From an uncultured Bacillota bacterium (GTDB lineage: Bacteria > Bacillota_I > Bacilli_A > RFN20 > CAG-631), in assembly GCA_902491575.1 (NCBI GenBank), contig CABUID010000004.1:2627-66626 (forward strand): a stretch of DNA of 64,000 bases, read 5' to 3'. A program made the translations under genes and the position numbers. The notes below the pieces were generated by a model. It saw nothing but the letters and a program-made list of their open reading frames with translations. It was not told the DNA's origin and made no database searches. Every line of letters starts with the position of its first letter. The stretch's first letter is position 1. This document shows, one piece after another, positions 30,618 to 40,512 of this stretch.

Positions 30618-31295
30618 CTAAGTCTTTTCATTAAGAAAATTAAATTCAAAAAGTTGATTATTCTTACACTTTTCCTTAGCCAGTAATAAATTTGAAGGAC
30701 GAAATGAATGAACATCGGAGGCAACAATATCGACTAAATTATTTTTAAGTAACTTTTGAACTAATTTATACTCTCTTTTATTCGTTAATTTCAAAATTGA
30801 ATTTGCATTAATTTGGATAAATGCACCTTCTTTTCTTAATTGAATAATTTTTTCAATGGTCATCCATTCATATCTTTCAACATGTGCGATAATCACTTTA
30901 TAATGAAAACATGTAAAATTATAAATTAATTCCAGTAAATCTTCTGGTTCATAAACGAAGGAAAATTCAAGTAAAATATATTGACTTTGATTCATTGTTA
31001 AAAGCTTATTTTGATTTAACATCTCAATGATATTTTCATGTCGAGAATAATAAATTTCTTGACCAAGTAACAAATGAATCTTTAAATTTTGCTTTTTCAC
31101 TTCTTCTAAAAGTACTTCAAAGTAATGTTTTATTTCTTCTACACTTTTTTCATATTTTGAATAGATATGATGTGGAGTACAAACAATTGTATCCACTCCC
31201 ATAGAAATTTCGTTTTTTATCATCTCAATAGAGTCTTTTAATGAAGTACTGCCATCATCTACAAATGGAATAATATGTGTGTGAATATCAATCAT
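30618..31295 (-). CDS. cpsB: Tyrosine-protein phosphatase CpsB/CapC (PHP family).
   Basis: 'MIDIHTHIIPFVDDG' start and 'HVERY' motifs. Confidence 0.85.
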   Translation of the reverse strand: MIDIHTHIIPFVDDGSTSLKDSIEMIKNEISMGVDTIVCTPHHIYSKYEKSVEEIKHYFEVLLEEVKKQNLKIHLLLGQEIYYSRHENIIEMLNQNKLLTMNQSQYILLEFSFVYEPEDLLELIYNFTCFHYKVIIAHVERYEWMTIEKIIQLRKEGAFIQINANSILKLTNKREYKLVQKLLKNNLVDIVASDVHSFRPSNLLLAKEKCKNNQLFEFNFLNEKT

Positions 31296-31304
31296 ACTTT
31301 TTTA

Positions 31305-32033
31305 TTATTCATTACTTTCTGAATAATCTTGGTAATAATAATGATATCGACTATTCCCATACCCACTTTTATCTTTTCTTGAAATTCCTGTAACAATGCT
31401 ACCTAAAAGATTCACGTTATTATTTTTTAATAGTTTTATGGCTTCTTTAGCAGCTGTTTTTTCTGTTAATTTTTGTGAAACAACAAATAAACATCCATCC
31501 GTATATTTTGATATTACGACAGCATCGGATACAGCTAATATTGGTGGGCAATCTACAAGAATAACATCATACATCTCACGTAATTGGTTCATTACCTTTT
31601 CTAGTTCTTTAGAGCCTAATAAAGCCGTTGGATAAGGTGTCTTTGTTCCACGATTAATTAAATCAAAAGGTAATTTATCCGAATGTTTAATAGCATCATT
31701 TATCGTAATATTTCCTGTTAAAACATCTGTAATTCCTTTTTCATTTGGAAGATAAAATGCACGATGAAGTTTTGGTCTTCTAAAATCTAAATCTAAAACA
31801 ATGACTTTCTTTTTGCTCTCTGCATAGGTTGCAGCTAAATTTAACACTGTTGTGGTCTTTCCTTCACCTTGCAAAGAGGAACAAACTTGAATCACTTGAA
31901 TTTTTTTATCTACTTCAGAATACTCAAGTCCAACTTTCACTCTTCGATAAGCTTCCGCTAAAATCGATAAAGGCTCTTCTAATGTTACAATATGTGTATA
32001 CGTTTCTGTCATCTCTATTTTGTTCTTTTTCAT
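31305..32033 (-). CDS. cpsD: Tyrosine-protein kinase CpsD/CapB (BY-kinase cytoplasmic domain).
   Basis: Walker A 'GEGKTTTVLNLA', Walker A' 'VLDLDFRRP', Walker B 'VILVDCPP', and a C-terminal Tyr cluster 'YGNSRYHYYYQDY'. Confidence 0.85.
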   Translation of the reverse strand: MKKNKIEMTETYTHIVTLEEPLSILAEAYRRVKVGLEYSEVDKKIQVIQVCSSLQGEGKTTTVLNLAATYAESKKKVIVLDLDFRRPKLHRAFYLPNEKGITDVLTGNITINDAIKHSDKLPFDLINRGTKTPYPTALLGSKELEKVMNQLREMYDVILVDCPPILAVSDAVVISKYTDGCLFVVSQKLTEKTAAKEAIKLLKNNNVNLLGSIVTGISRKDKSGYGNSRYHYYYQDYSESNE

Positions 32034-32049
32034 TCTTTTATCCTCCTCT

Positions 32050-32811
32050 TTAATTTGTTTTATCGGAAATATATTCTGGAATTCCAGATAAAACAGGAAG
32101 ACCTAATACTTTTTCAACTTCTTCAGAATTTTTAAATTTATTATCTGTTAGTTCACGAATTAAAACATATAGTAAAGAAAGCACAATTCCTACAGCAAAA
32201 AAGATAACTACATATTTTCTGGTATAACTAACTTGAGTAATGGTATTTTCGCTTGCATTATTTAAAATTACAATATTTTCATATAAAAATTTATTGACAG
32301 GTTTATTATTTACATCTACTTCATTTGCTTTTTCAATGACGGTTTCCATCAAAGTATTTAATATAACAATCGCTTTATCAGGATTATTAGCTGTATAAGT
32401 CAAATCCAAAATTAAAGAAGAACCCGATATTTGTGCATTAAAACTTCTTTTTAAGGTATTAATGGTCAATTCAGGATAGTCTTGTTTTAGTTTATCTACT
32501 GTAGCACCTAAAACACTATCTTGTGATAAATAAACAACATAAGTATTAATTAAGTATTGTGATAATTGATAATTTTGATAATCGGATAAACTTGATCCAT
32601 TTGAATTACCATCTACAGACACCATCATCGATGAATTTGCATTATATTGTGGATGTTTTGCTTGTTTAAATTTTGCAAAGCCAAAACCAATTACTGTAAA
32701 AACAATAATCGTAATGCATATCACGATAAGATGTTTACGAACGATATGTAATAAATCTTGAAAAGATAGTCCTTCTTTTTCTTCAACTATTTTTTCTGCT
32801 TCATTTTCCAT
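32050..32811 (-). CDS. cpsC: Capsular polysaccharide chain-length determinant / BY-kinase transmembrane activator (CpsC/CapA, Wzz-like).
   Basis: Two TM helices flank a periplasmic domain. It lies immediately upstream of the kinase. Confidence 0.75.
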   Translation of the reverse strand: MENEAEKIVEEKEGLSFQDLLHIVRKHLIVICITIIVFTVIGFGFAKFKQAKHPQYNANSSMMVSVDGNSNGSSLSDYQNYQLSQYLINTYVVYLSQDSVLGATVDKLKQDYPELTINTLKRSFNAQISGSSLILDLTYTANNPDKAIVILNTLMETVIEKANEVDVNNKPVNKFLYENIVILNNASENTITQVSYTRKYVVIFFAVGIVLSLLYVLIRELTDNKFKNSEEVEKVLGLPVLSGIPEYISDKTN

Positions 32812-33024
32812 GTATTATACCTCCCCATAGATAAAAAAATTATATAATAATATCCTATTGAATGCAAACTTTTTAAATTTTCTATGTTTTTTTTATTTCA
32901 TTTTATATAAATTATGCATTTGTCACAAAATATAGAGAAAAAGAATAATTTATAATAGAAATATATATTATATCATGTTAAACTTAAAAATGACATTGTT
33001 ATAATAATAACTGAGGTAATCGAA

Positions 33025-34152
33025 ATGAAAATAATAGATCAAAACTTTCTCTTAGAAATGTTTGCAAATTATGATTTTAAAATTGAACAATATATAAATT
33101 ATAAAATAATTTCTCAAGGCCATATTAATACGACTTATGTCTTATATTTTGATTATGGTAATCGAGTAAAAAGATATTTATTACAAGAAATTAATACGAA
33201 CGTCTTTAAAAAACCAGATCAATTAATGAGCAATATTTCTAAAGTGACAAATTATGGAAAAAATGTCTTAAAAGAAAAGTTAGGAACAAAATATAAAAAT
33301 AAAATTTTAAGAATTTATCCCACAAAAGATAAAAAATCTTATGTTCTTTTATCCGATGGTTCTTATTGGCGTGTTTTCCATTATGTAGAAAATAGTATTA
33401 CTTATGATACATCATCCAACGCAAAAATATTTTATGAAGCAGGACAAGTTATCGGTGAATTTCAAAATATTCTTTCTAATTTCCCGGTCAATGAATTATA
33501 TCCAATAATCGAAAATTTTCATGATACAATTAAACGTTATGAACGTTTTAATGAAATTTTAAATTCAGCTAGTGAAGCTTTAAAAGCAACTTGTCAAGAT
33601 GAAATAAAGTTTTTTAAAGATTATTCATCCATCGCTTATCAAATCCAAACTTTAATCAACGAGAAGAAAATGCCTGTTCGTGTAACTCATAATGATACAA
33701 AGTTAAACAATTTAATGTTTGAATATGGTACAAATAAAGGTCAGTGCATTGTCGATTTGGATACTGTTATGCCTGGTTGTCTTTGCTTTGATTTTGGCGA
33801 TTTTGTGCGAAGTGCTTGTAATAAAGGATTAGAAGATGCTCAAGACTTATCTACCGTTGTCTTTCAAAAAGAATTATGTCTTGAATTTACGAGAGGATTT
33901 TTAGAAAAATTAAAAGACAATATCACAATGGTTGAGTTAGAAAATTTGATTATGGGAGCTCTTGATATTACTTATGAATGTGGTATGCGTTTTTTAACCG
34001 ATTATTTGGAAGGAAATGTGTATTTTAAAGTTTGCTATCCAGAACATAATTTAGTTCGTTGTAAAACACAAATTCATATGTGCAAACAAATTATAAACAA
34101 TAAAAAGGAATTAGATTATAAAATATTAGAAATGTATCAATCCTTAAAATAA
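33025..34152 (+). CDS. APH-fold phosphotransferase (NahK / CotS-like sugar or small-molecule kinase).
   Basis: Catalytic loop 'VTHNDTKLNNLMF' (HxDxxxxN) and 'IVDLDTV' (DxD) of the aminoglycoside-phosphotransferase superfamily. Confidence 0.55.
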   Translation: MKIIDQNFLLEMFANYDFKIEQYINYKIISQGHINTTYVLYFDYGNRVKRYLLQEINTNVFKKPDQLMSNISKVTNYGKNVLKEKLGTKYKNKILRIYPTKDKKSYVLLSDGSYWRVFHYVENSITYDTSSNAKIFYEAGQVIGEFQNILSNFPVNELYPIIENFHDTIKRYERFNEILNSASEALKATCQDEIKFFKDYSSIAYQIQTLINEKKMPVRVTHNDTKLNNLMFEYGTNKGQCIVDLDTVMPGCLCFDFGDFVRSACNKGLEDAQDLSTVVFQKELCLEFTRGFLEKLKDNITMVELENLIMGALDITYECGMRFLTDYLEGNVYFKVCYPEHNLVRCKTQIHMCKQIINNKKELDYKILEMYQSLK

Positions 34153-34254
34153 AAATATTCCAGGAAATTATTCCTATGGAATATTTTTTTATAAATATAA
34201 TGATAGTATTGAGTTAAACGGATTAAGTATTCAAGAAATTACCTAATCATCACT

Positions 34255-34662
34255 TTACTCCTCTAATTTCAAATGAATTTTATAGCAAGGAATGGATTTA
34301 TATTTATTATTAAATTTTAATAAATAATCATAAGTTGTTTTTAAATCCACTTTATCAATACTATATATCGTGTCTTTTTCATCATCCATTTGAATTTTAC
34401 TTCCTTTTTTTAAATATTCTCTATAGGCTTTCGATTTACTGGCCTTTACATAATAAGTCAATGTATTATCATCAAAAACACCATAAAAAAGTTTATTCGT
34501 TTTTTTCCCTTCTGGCAACTCGACAACATAAAACAAAGAAGTAGAAGCCATATAAGCAATATTGCTTACAGACTTATTATAAATATTTTTAATTGAATTT
34601 GACGCTAATTTCGCACTATTTTTTAATCCTTTTACAAATTTATCTTTAAAATTATTTTCCAT
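34255..34662 (-). CDS. Hypothetical protein.
   Basis: 135 aa ORF whose start overlaps the asd stop by 11 nt. No recognisable motif. Confidence 0.3.
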   Translation of the reverse strand: MENNFKDKFVKGLKNSAKLASNSIKNIYNKSVSNIAYMASTSLFYVVELPEGKKTNKLFYGVFDDNTLTYYVKASKSKAYREYLKKGSKIQMDDEKDTIYSIDKVDLKTTYDYLLKFNNKYKSIPCYKIHLKLEE

Positions 34663-35635
34663 ATTCTTCTCCTCTTAAATCAATGAAATGCTTCAATATT
34701 AAATAAGCATTCGTTGCCGCTCCGACTCGAACATTATCGGCTACACAATAAAACAAAACATTATTATCATGTTTACGTATTCTACCTACGTAAACTTTAT
34801 CATTTTTACAAGATAGTATTGAAGAAGGCACTATTTTTTCACAAACCACAACATTATTTTGATTAGCAAAAGCTTCTTTAATATCTTTTATTTCAAAATT
34901 TTCAACGAGTTCAGCTTGAACAGAAACACCATGTGAAAACATAACGGGTACTCGAACACAAGTTGCTACCACATCCAAAGATGGATTATGTAAAATTTTC
35001 TTTGTTTCTTCAATTAGTTTTATTTCTTCTTCTGTATAATCATTTTCATTATACTCCCCTATTTTTGGAATACAGGTAAAAGATATATCTGTCTCATAAA
35101 ACAAAGGCATTAACCCTTTTCGACATCTTAATAAATCGTCAATACCTTGTTTCCCTGAACCAGAAACCGATTGATAAGTATTATAAATGACTTTTTGTAT
35201 TTTAAATTTATTTAATAATGATAATAGTATTACACTTTGAATAATACAACAATTGGGATTTGCTATTAACAAATCTTCTTTTTGAATCAAAGATTCATTG
35301 ACACCATAAGCGATTAGTTTTACATCATCATGCATACGAAAATAAGAAGAATTGTCGATAACAGTAACATTTTTTCGAATGGCTATGGGAATATAAATTT
35401 TGGAAATATCTGCACTTGAGAAAAAACATGCATAATCCACATCATCAAAACTATGTTGATCTAAAGTTTTGACGATATAATTTTTTTGATTAATTCTTAT
35501 TTTTTTTCCATCGGATTGACTGGAAGCAAATAATTGTATTTCATAATTATCTATATTATTTTCTTCTAATATATGTAAAAAAGTCTGGCCTACAAGTCCG
35601 GTAGCACCAATCACTGCAATTTTTTGTTTTTTCAT
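34652..35635 (-). CDS. asd: Aspartate-semialdehyde dehydrogenase.
   Basis: 'KIAVIGATGLVGQ' NAD(P) motif; central 'NPNCCIIQSV' containing the catalytic Cys region; 327 aa. Confidence 0.8.
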   Translation of the reverse strand: MKKQKIAVIGATGLVGQTFLHILEENNIDNYEIQLFASSQSDGKKIRINQKNYIVKTLDQHSFDDVDYACFFSSADISKIYIPIAIRKNVTVIDNSSYFRMHDDVKLIAYGVNESLIQKEDLLIANPNCCIIQSVILLSLLNKFKIQKVIYNTYQSVSGSGKQGIDDLLRCRKGLMPLFYETDISFTCIPKIGEYNENDYTEEEIKLIEETKKILHNPSLDVVATCVRVPVMFSHGVSVQAELVENFEIKDIKEAFANQNNVVVCEKIVPSSILSCKNDKVYVGRIRKHDNNVLFYCVADNVRVGAATNAYLILKHFIDLRGEEYGK

Positions 35636-35849
35636 TTACTTCACCTAATTCAATATATGTGTATCGTGAAAAGAAAATGAAGAGAAAAATAAAATATTAT
35701 CAGTTTAAATCAATGCTCTTTTATGAAAAACTATCTTTATCTTTTTTCATTTTCATTTATGGAAAAAAATATCTTTTATATAGACGAACATATTATAATT
35801 TGCTACAATAAATATGAAAAAATTATAGTCGTTTTCAGGAGGAAAAGAA

Positions 35850-36323
35850 ATGGAAAAACAAAGTTTAACTCATTTTTTGAGTAAAAACAATATAAAAATT
35901 CGTAGTCTTACAAATTTAATTGGTGTCTTTTTAATGTTTGCTGCTGGTTTAGTCTTTGTTTTGTTCATTGATTTAAAAGTACAATTGTCTGCTGATAGTA
36001 AAGTACCTTTGTCTTTATGGTTATTCTTAACCATAATCTTTGCTTTAGGTGGTGGCATATTTTATTTTCTTGGTGATTCAATGAAACATAAAAAAACGCA
36101 AACCATTGTATTTAAAGGTATAGGATTACTTTTGTCCGTGGGTTATCTAATTTATTTATTTCTATTTAAAAATTGGGTATCTACTTCCAATGGTGTAAAA
36201 CCTGTAGCCATTAATACCGTCAATACAATAACCATTATTTCAATTGTCATTACGGTATTAGGTATTCTATTTTTGATTTTGAATTATGTTTTATCTATTT
36301 TATATATTGAAGAAGATTATTAA
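35850..36323 (+). CDS. Hypothetical membrane protein.
   Basis: Four predicted TM helices; AGGAGG SD. Confidence 0.3.
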   Translation: MEKQSLTHFLSKNNIKIRSLTNLIGVFLMFAAGLVFVLFIDLKVQLSADSKVPLSLWLFLTIIFALGGGIFYFLGDSMKHKKTQTIVFKGIGLLLSVGYLIYLFLFKNWVSTSNGVKPVAINTVNTITIISIVITVLGILFLILNYVLSILYIEEDY

Positions 36324-36373
36324 AATAAAAAATACCAATTTCTATTGGCATTTTTTATAAGGAGAGTAAAGAT

Positions 36374-38401
36374 ATGTTAAATAAAAAATTAGGATTGTTA
36401 TTGAGTTCTTGTATTTTAGTATTAACAAATTGTAGTGGAAATGAAGTGAGTTCATCATTAGAAGATGAAACGAATATTGAAAATTCTATATCTTCAACGG
36501 AAGATGTTTCAACATCAAGTAATGTCAATGATGATATTGATATAAAAAATGATGAACTTTTAGATGAAAACTATGAAAATTGTCAAAGTTTGAATTCAAT
36601 ACAAAAAGGAACGGTTTTAAACTGGAAGGAGGATTATGCGGATAAAGCTCAATTTGTTTCTTCCAATTCGATTCTTTATGAAGAGGTTTATAAGAATAAT
36701 ACTTTAGAAAATAAAAAAATGGATATTGGAGAAGATGATGATGTAAAATTAGTTTTTTACAATCAAAATTATGCTCGTTTTGTAAGTAAGCCTGATGGTT
36801 ATGCATTTACAATACCGACGAATACTACGCTGAATACGGATTTTTCATTAGGCCTTTATCGTAGTAAATTATATAATAAAGATTTTACTTTAACCCTATC
36901 CTATGAACATTCAAACCCTTATCATGATTGGGACACTTATCGAAGAGAATGGTTATATCGTTATTTAGATAATGAGAATTATTATACGCAAAATAATTTA
37001 TCGCCTCTTTCAACCCCTCGCATTAGTGATAGTCGATATTTGGATGGATATATTATTGATGAATATAATCTTGTCATTAACCAACCTTATCAAATTAGAA
37101 AGAATTATTATCATATTGCTAGTATCCGTAAGGAAGGGGATATTAAAAATTTCATTTTATTGGTATTAAAATCAACTTATGATATGACGGATAGTTTTGA
37201 AGATATAATCTTGTCTTATAAGCCTGTTTCACAAGAAGGAAAAGCAAACAACAATTCGATGAATGATTTGCCGATTGTGGAAGATCCAAATTGGAATGAT
37301 GAAACAAAAGCTTACTATGCTTTATTAAAAGAAGACCAAAGAACGGGTTGGGGGGCTTTTACAGCTACTTTACCAGATGGAACGATGACTCAAAGTGTTT
37401 TAAAAACAACTCGTGTCTATAAAAAATGGACAGCATTAAGTGAAGCATTAGATTATTCATTTGATATTTTACCAACCTATCAACATATTGCATGGTATAA
37501 AGAAACTTCAAATTATTGGCCAACAACTGCTGCTACATCCATGGCTGGAGGAAATGGATTTAATAATAAACCTGTCATTCAGATGTCTTACCAGTTCACA
37601 GATAATAATAATAATGTTTCTGTTTCCAATACGACGGATTGCTATACACCAATGTTTGATATCTATCGTGGGAGCAATGAAGATAGTGGTATAGAGGATT
37701 ATTATCTTACCACTCAATATAAATATGCTGCTAAATTAAGAGGAATCGCTCATAGCATTAAAAGTTATGGCAAACCTGTTTTATTCCGTTTAAATAATGA
37801 GATGAATTCCGATTGGGTAAGTTATTGTGGTATGATGACTTTATTGGACCCTGATATTTTCCAAGCTACTTGGAGAATTATTTACAATGCTTTTATTGAA
37901 GAAGGGGTTGATAATTGTATTTGGATTTTTAATCCAAATGGTGAATCCTGTCCTTTTAGTTCTTGGGGAGAAGATTTATGTTATTATCCTGGAGTAAATT
38001 ATGTTCAAGCATTAGGTCTTACTGCTTATCAAGCCAATAATAATAATGATGTTAACTACTATACATTTAGAAATGATTATACAAAATTATATGAAAAAAA
38101 TAACCCTGTTTGGAATCAATATCCATGGATTATTTCTGAATTTGGCTGTGGTGCTGGTGGAGAAACAACGGGAACACAATTCCGTAATCAAGCTTCACAA
38201 GTTGAATATGTAAGAGGCATGTTTGATGATTTTAATGACCGAGAAAATCATCCTTATTTACAAAATATAAAAGGTGCTGTTTGGTTTTCTGTAAATGATT
38301 ATAGTGGTGATCAAGTTGTTAACCAATATGAATTAGTTATTGACGAATTGCAAGATACTATTGCAGCCTTAAAAGTAGGGCTTGCCCCAAATAAAATATA
38401 A
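36374..38401 (+). CDS. Lipoprotein with a C-terminal clan GH-A (GH26-like) glycoside hydrolase domain.
   Basis: Lipobox 'LVLTNCSG'. 'VLFRLNNEMNSDW' (cf. GH26 'RFaHEMNgdW', catalytic acid) and 'WIISEFGCGAGG' (nucleophile Glu). Confidence 0.45.
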   Translation: MLNKKLGLLLSSCILVLTNCSGNEVSSSLEDETNIENSISSTEDVSTSSNVNDDIDIKNDELLDENYENCQSLNSIQKGTVLNWKEDYADKAQFVSSNSILYEEVYKNNTLENKKMDIGEDDDVKLVFYNQNYARFVSKPDGYAFTIPTNTTLNTDFSLGLYRSKLYNKDFTLTLSYEHSNPYHDWDTYRREWLYRYLDNENYYTQNNLSPLSTPRISDSRYLDGYIIDEYNLVINQPYQIRKNYYHIASIRKEGDIKNFILLVLKSTYDMTDSFEDIILSYKPVSQEGKANNNSMNDLPIVEDPNWNDETKAYYALLKEDQRTGWGAFTATLPDGTMTQSVLKTTRVYKKWTALSEALDYSFDILPTYQHIAWYKETSNYWPTTAATSMAGGNGFNNKPVIQMSYQFTDNNNNVSVSNTTDCYTPMFDIYRGSNEDSGIEDYYLTTQYKYAAKLRGIAHSIKSYGKPVLFRLNNEMNSDWVSYCGMMTLLDPDIFQATWRIIYNAFIEEGVDNCIWIFNPNGESCPFSSWGEDLCYYPGVNYVQALGLTAYQANNNNDVNYYTFRNDYTKLYEKNNPVWNQYPWIISEFGCGAGGETTGTQFRNQASQVEYVRGMFDDFNDRENHPYLQNIKGAVWFSVNDYSGDQVVNQYELVIDELQDTIAALKVGLAPNKI

Positions 38402-38457
38402 AAAAAGGATTGACGAGTGAATTTCGTTCTTAATAAGGAAATCACTCCAATCCTTTT

Positions 38458-38832
38458 TTATTCAAATTTATAATTATCTAATGCTTCTTTTAAGTATTTT
38501 TCTTCTTGCAAAACTTTATGTATTGGTGTATTTCCAAGAGTGATGACCTCTATTGTATCGATACATACATTCAATAAATCTTTGATTGTTTTTAAATTCT
38601 CATAGGCTTCATCTATCCATAATTCATGATTATCACCAACGATAGCAATCCTTTCAAAACTCAAATCATAGATGTCAAAAGTTGTAGCTTTTTTCTCGCC
38701 TGTTTGTAAATTTTTCAATAATAATTGTAAAGATAGAAAAAACTCTATAAGCGTCATTTCATCATCTACAGGTAAAGATGTGGAAACGCTTTTACCATCC
38801 ATCGTTAAGTTCATTTTTATTTCTTGATTCAT
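38458..38832 (-). CDS. Hypothetical protein (start assigned to M11).
   Basis: 'GGAGTGATTAAT' lies upstream of the internal ATG (MNQEIKM...); 1-nt gap to the upstream phosphatase stop. Confidence 0.3.
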   Translation of the reverse strand: MNQEIKMNLTMDGKSVSTSLPVDDEMTLIEFFLSLQLLLKNLQTGEKKATTFDIYDLSFERIAIVGDNHELWIDEAYENLKTIKDLLNVCIDTIEVITLGNTPIHKVLQEEKYLKEALDNYKFE

Positions 38833-38833
38833 A

Positions 38834-39559
38834 TTAATCACTCCGTGTATCATCAAAATCATTTTCTCTAAATCTTCCCATAAATGAAGGCTCTATCTTT
38901 TCTTGATATAAATGGGATAGATCCCCTAAACATTGTGCTCGAAATTGGGCCACTTTAGGTTTTCTTTCTTCAGTGTAAAGTATTGAAACAGAACTTGGTG
39001 CAGGAGCAAAATGTTGAGCAATAGCTACAAAAGGAAGGTTAAATAAATGGGATAATAAAACACTTTCTAAACCCAAATGGCAAAAGAATACTAAAGTATC
39101 TTTATTTGAATGGGTAACTTCATAATATTTTCCATGGCGAACATAACCGTGTTTTTCTAATAATTTATCTAAATTTTCTATAACGTAATGATATCCTTCA
39201 TAAACTTCGGAATTTTTAAAAAGAGGCAATTCAAGATATCGACTATTATCATACATTTCTTCTTTAGAAGTAAAATATTCCACTTTAAAATCCCAAGGAA
39301 TTCTAGGCAAATGACTTTCTTCATCTTCTATTTTATAAGGAAATTCTTTTAGCCAATCCAAAACCATAAATTGCTTTTGACTTTGCTTTAAATATTCTTT
39401 TGCTGTATCTTTTGCCCGACCTAAAGGAGAAATATACACATAATCAATTTTTTCTTTTAATAGTCTTTTCGACAAGGCATGTGCTTCTTTAAAACCATTT
39501 TCTGTCAAAGAATCTTTTGCATAATCGGGTTCTCCATGTCTTATAATGATTATACGCAT
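38834..39559 (-). CDS. Histidine phosphatase family protein (phosphoglycerate mutase-like).
   Basis: 'MRIIIIRHGEPDY' RHG catalytic motif, with a second His region 'HYVI'. Confidence 0.7.
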   Translation of the reverse strand: MRIIIIRHGEPDYAKDSLTENGFKEAHALSKRLLKEKIDYVYISPLGRAKDTAKEYLKQSQKQFMVLDWLKEFPYKIEDEESHLPRIPWDFKVEYFTSKEEMYDNSRYLELPLFKNSEVYEGYHYVIENLDKLLEKHGYVRHGKYYEVTHSNKDTLVFFCHLGLESVLLSHLFNLPFVAIAQHFAPAPSSVSILYTEERKPKVAQFRAQCLGDLSHLYQEKIEPSFMGRFRENDFDDTRSD

Positions 39560-39567
39560 TTTATCAC

Positions 39568-40395
39568 CTATATTTCGATTATCATTCCATCATAAGTCAC
39601 TTCTACATGATGTTTTAAAGCATTTTCTCTCATCTTTTCATAACCTGCTTGTCCATTGTGAGAGAAATGATTTGCCATGATTTTTGTATGTTGATCAATC
39701 AATTTCATTTCTTTCAATCTCTCGATTACTTCTAAAAAACAATCAAAAGATAAATGATGATCCTTCCAATTTGTAAGTAAACCTGCTGTACAATCTAAGG
39801 AAATTAAATCAAAATGAATATATAACTTCTCTAAAAATTTCCAGACTTCTTCTGAATAATAGCCTGTATCATGTGCATACAAAATCGTTTTGTCATTTTG
39901 TCGAATAATATAATTTAAAGGTCCAGCATTTTTATCATGATTTGCTTTCAAAGGAATAATGGTATAATCCTTGATTTGAAAAGATTCAAATGGCTGAACG
40001 AAACGTGCTTGCACATATTGTTCCATATTTTCACTTTTTATAACTCGCAACGCTTCTTGATAAACAGAGTCTGCACCATAAACAAATAATGGCTCTTCTT
40101 CTACTTTTGAAGCATATCCTTTTCTTCTAAAACATAATTCATTACTATAAAAGTGATCCGAATGATTATGTGTGATTAAAACATGATGAATTCGGTCTAA
40201 TGGGACTTGATAAGTAAGCATATGATAATAAGTGTCTGGTCCAAAATCTAAAAGTAAATCATCATTAATCAATGTCTGACAACGGCTTCTAATAAAACGT
40301 CCTCTTTTTTCATTGGCTTCTTTACAAACATCACATTGACAATATAATGCTGGAATTCCTTCTGCAGCGGCTGTTCCTAAAAATTGTATTTTCAT
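39568..40395 (-). CDS. MBL-fold metallo-hydrolase, PhnP-like (with Cys-rich zinc ribbon).
   Basis: 'MKIQFLGTAAAEGIP', 'CQCDVC' and 'HVLITHNHSDH' (HxHxDH). Confidence 0.65.
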   Translation of the reverse strand: MKIQFLGTAAAEGIPALYCQCDVCKEANEKRGRFIRSRCQTLINDDLLLDFGPDTYYHMLTYQVPLDRIHHVLITHNHSDHFYSNELCFRRKGYASKVEEEPLFVYGADSVYQEALRVIKSENMEQYVQARFVQPFESFQIKDYTIIPLKANHDKNAGPLNYIIRQNDKTILYAHDTGYYSEEVWKFLEKLYIHFDLISLDCTAGLLTNWKDHHLSFDCFLEVIERLKEMKLIDQHTKIMANHFSHNGQAGYEKMRENALKHHVEVTYDGMIIEI

Positions 40396-40512
40396 AGTTT
40401 TGTTTCTCCTTTTTTTATATTATACTCTCTTTTCGCTTTTTGTTTGTGAAAGAATAAAAAAATTTCACAAACAAATGAAAATATGATAAAATAATCCTTG
40501 TGAGGTAAAAAT

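Noticed and set aside
31396-32053. 79-aa and 74-aa + strand ORFs in cpsD/cpsC.
   Set aside because: Antisense shadows.
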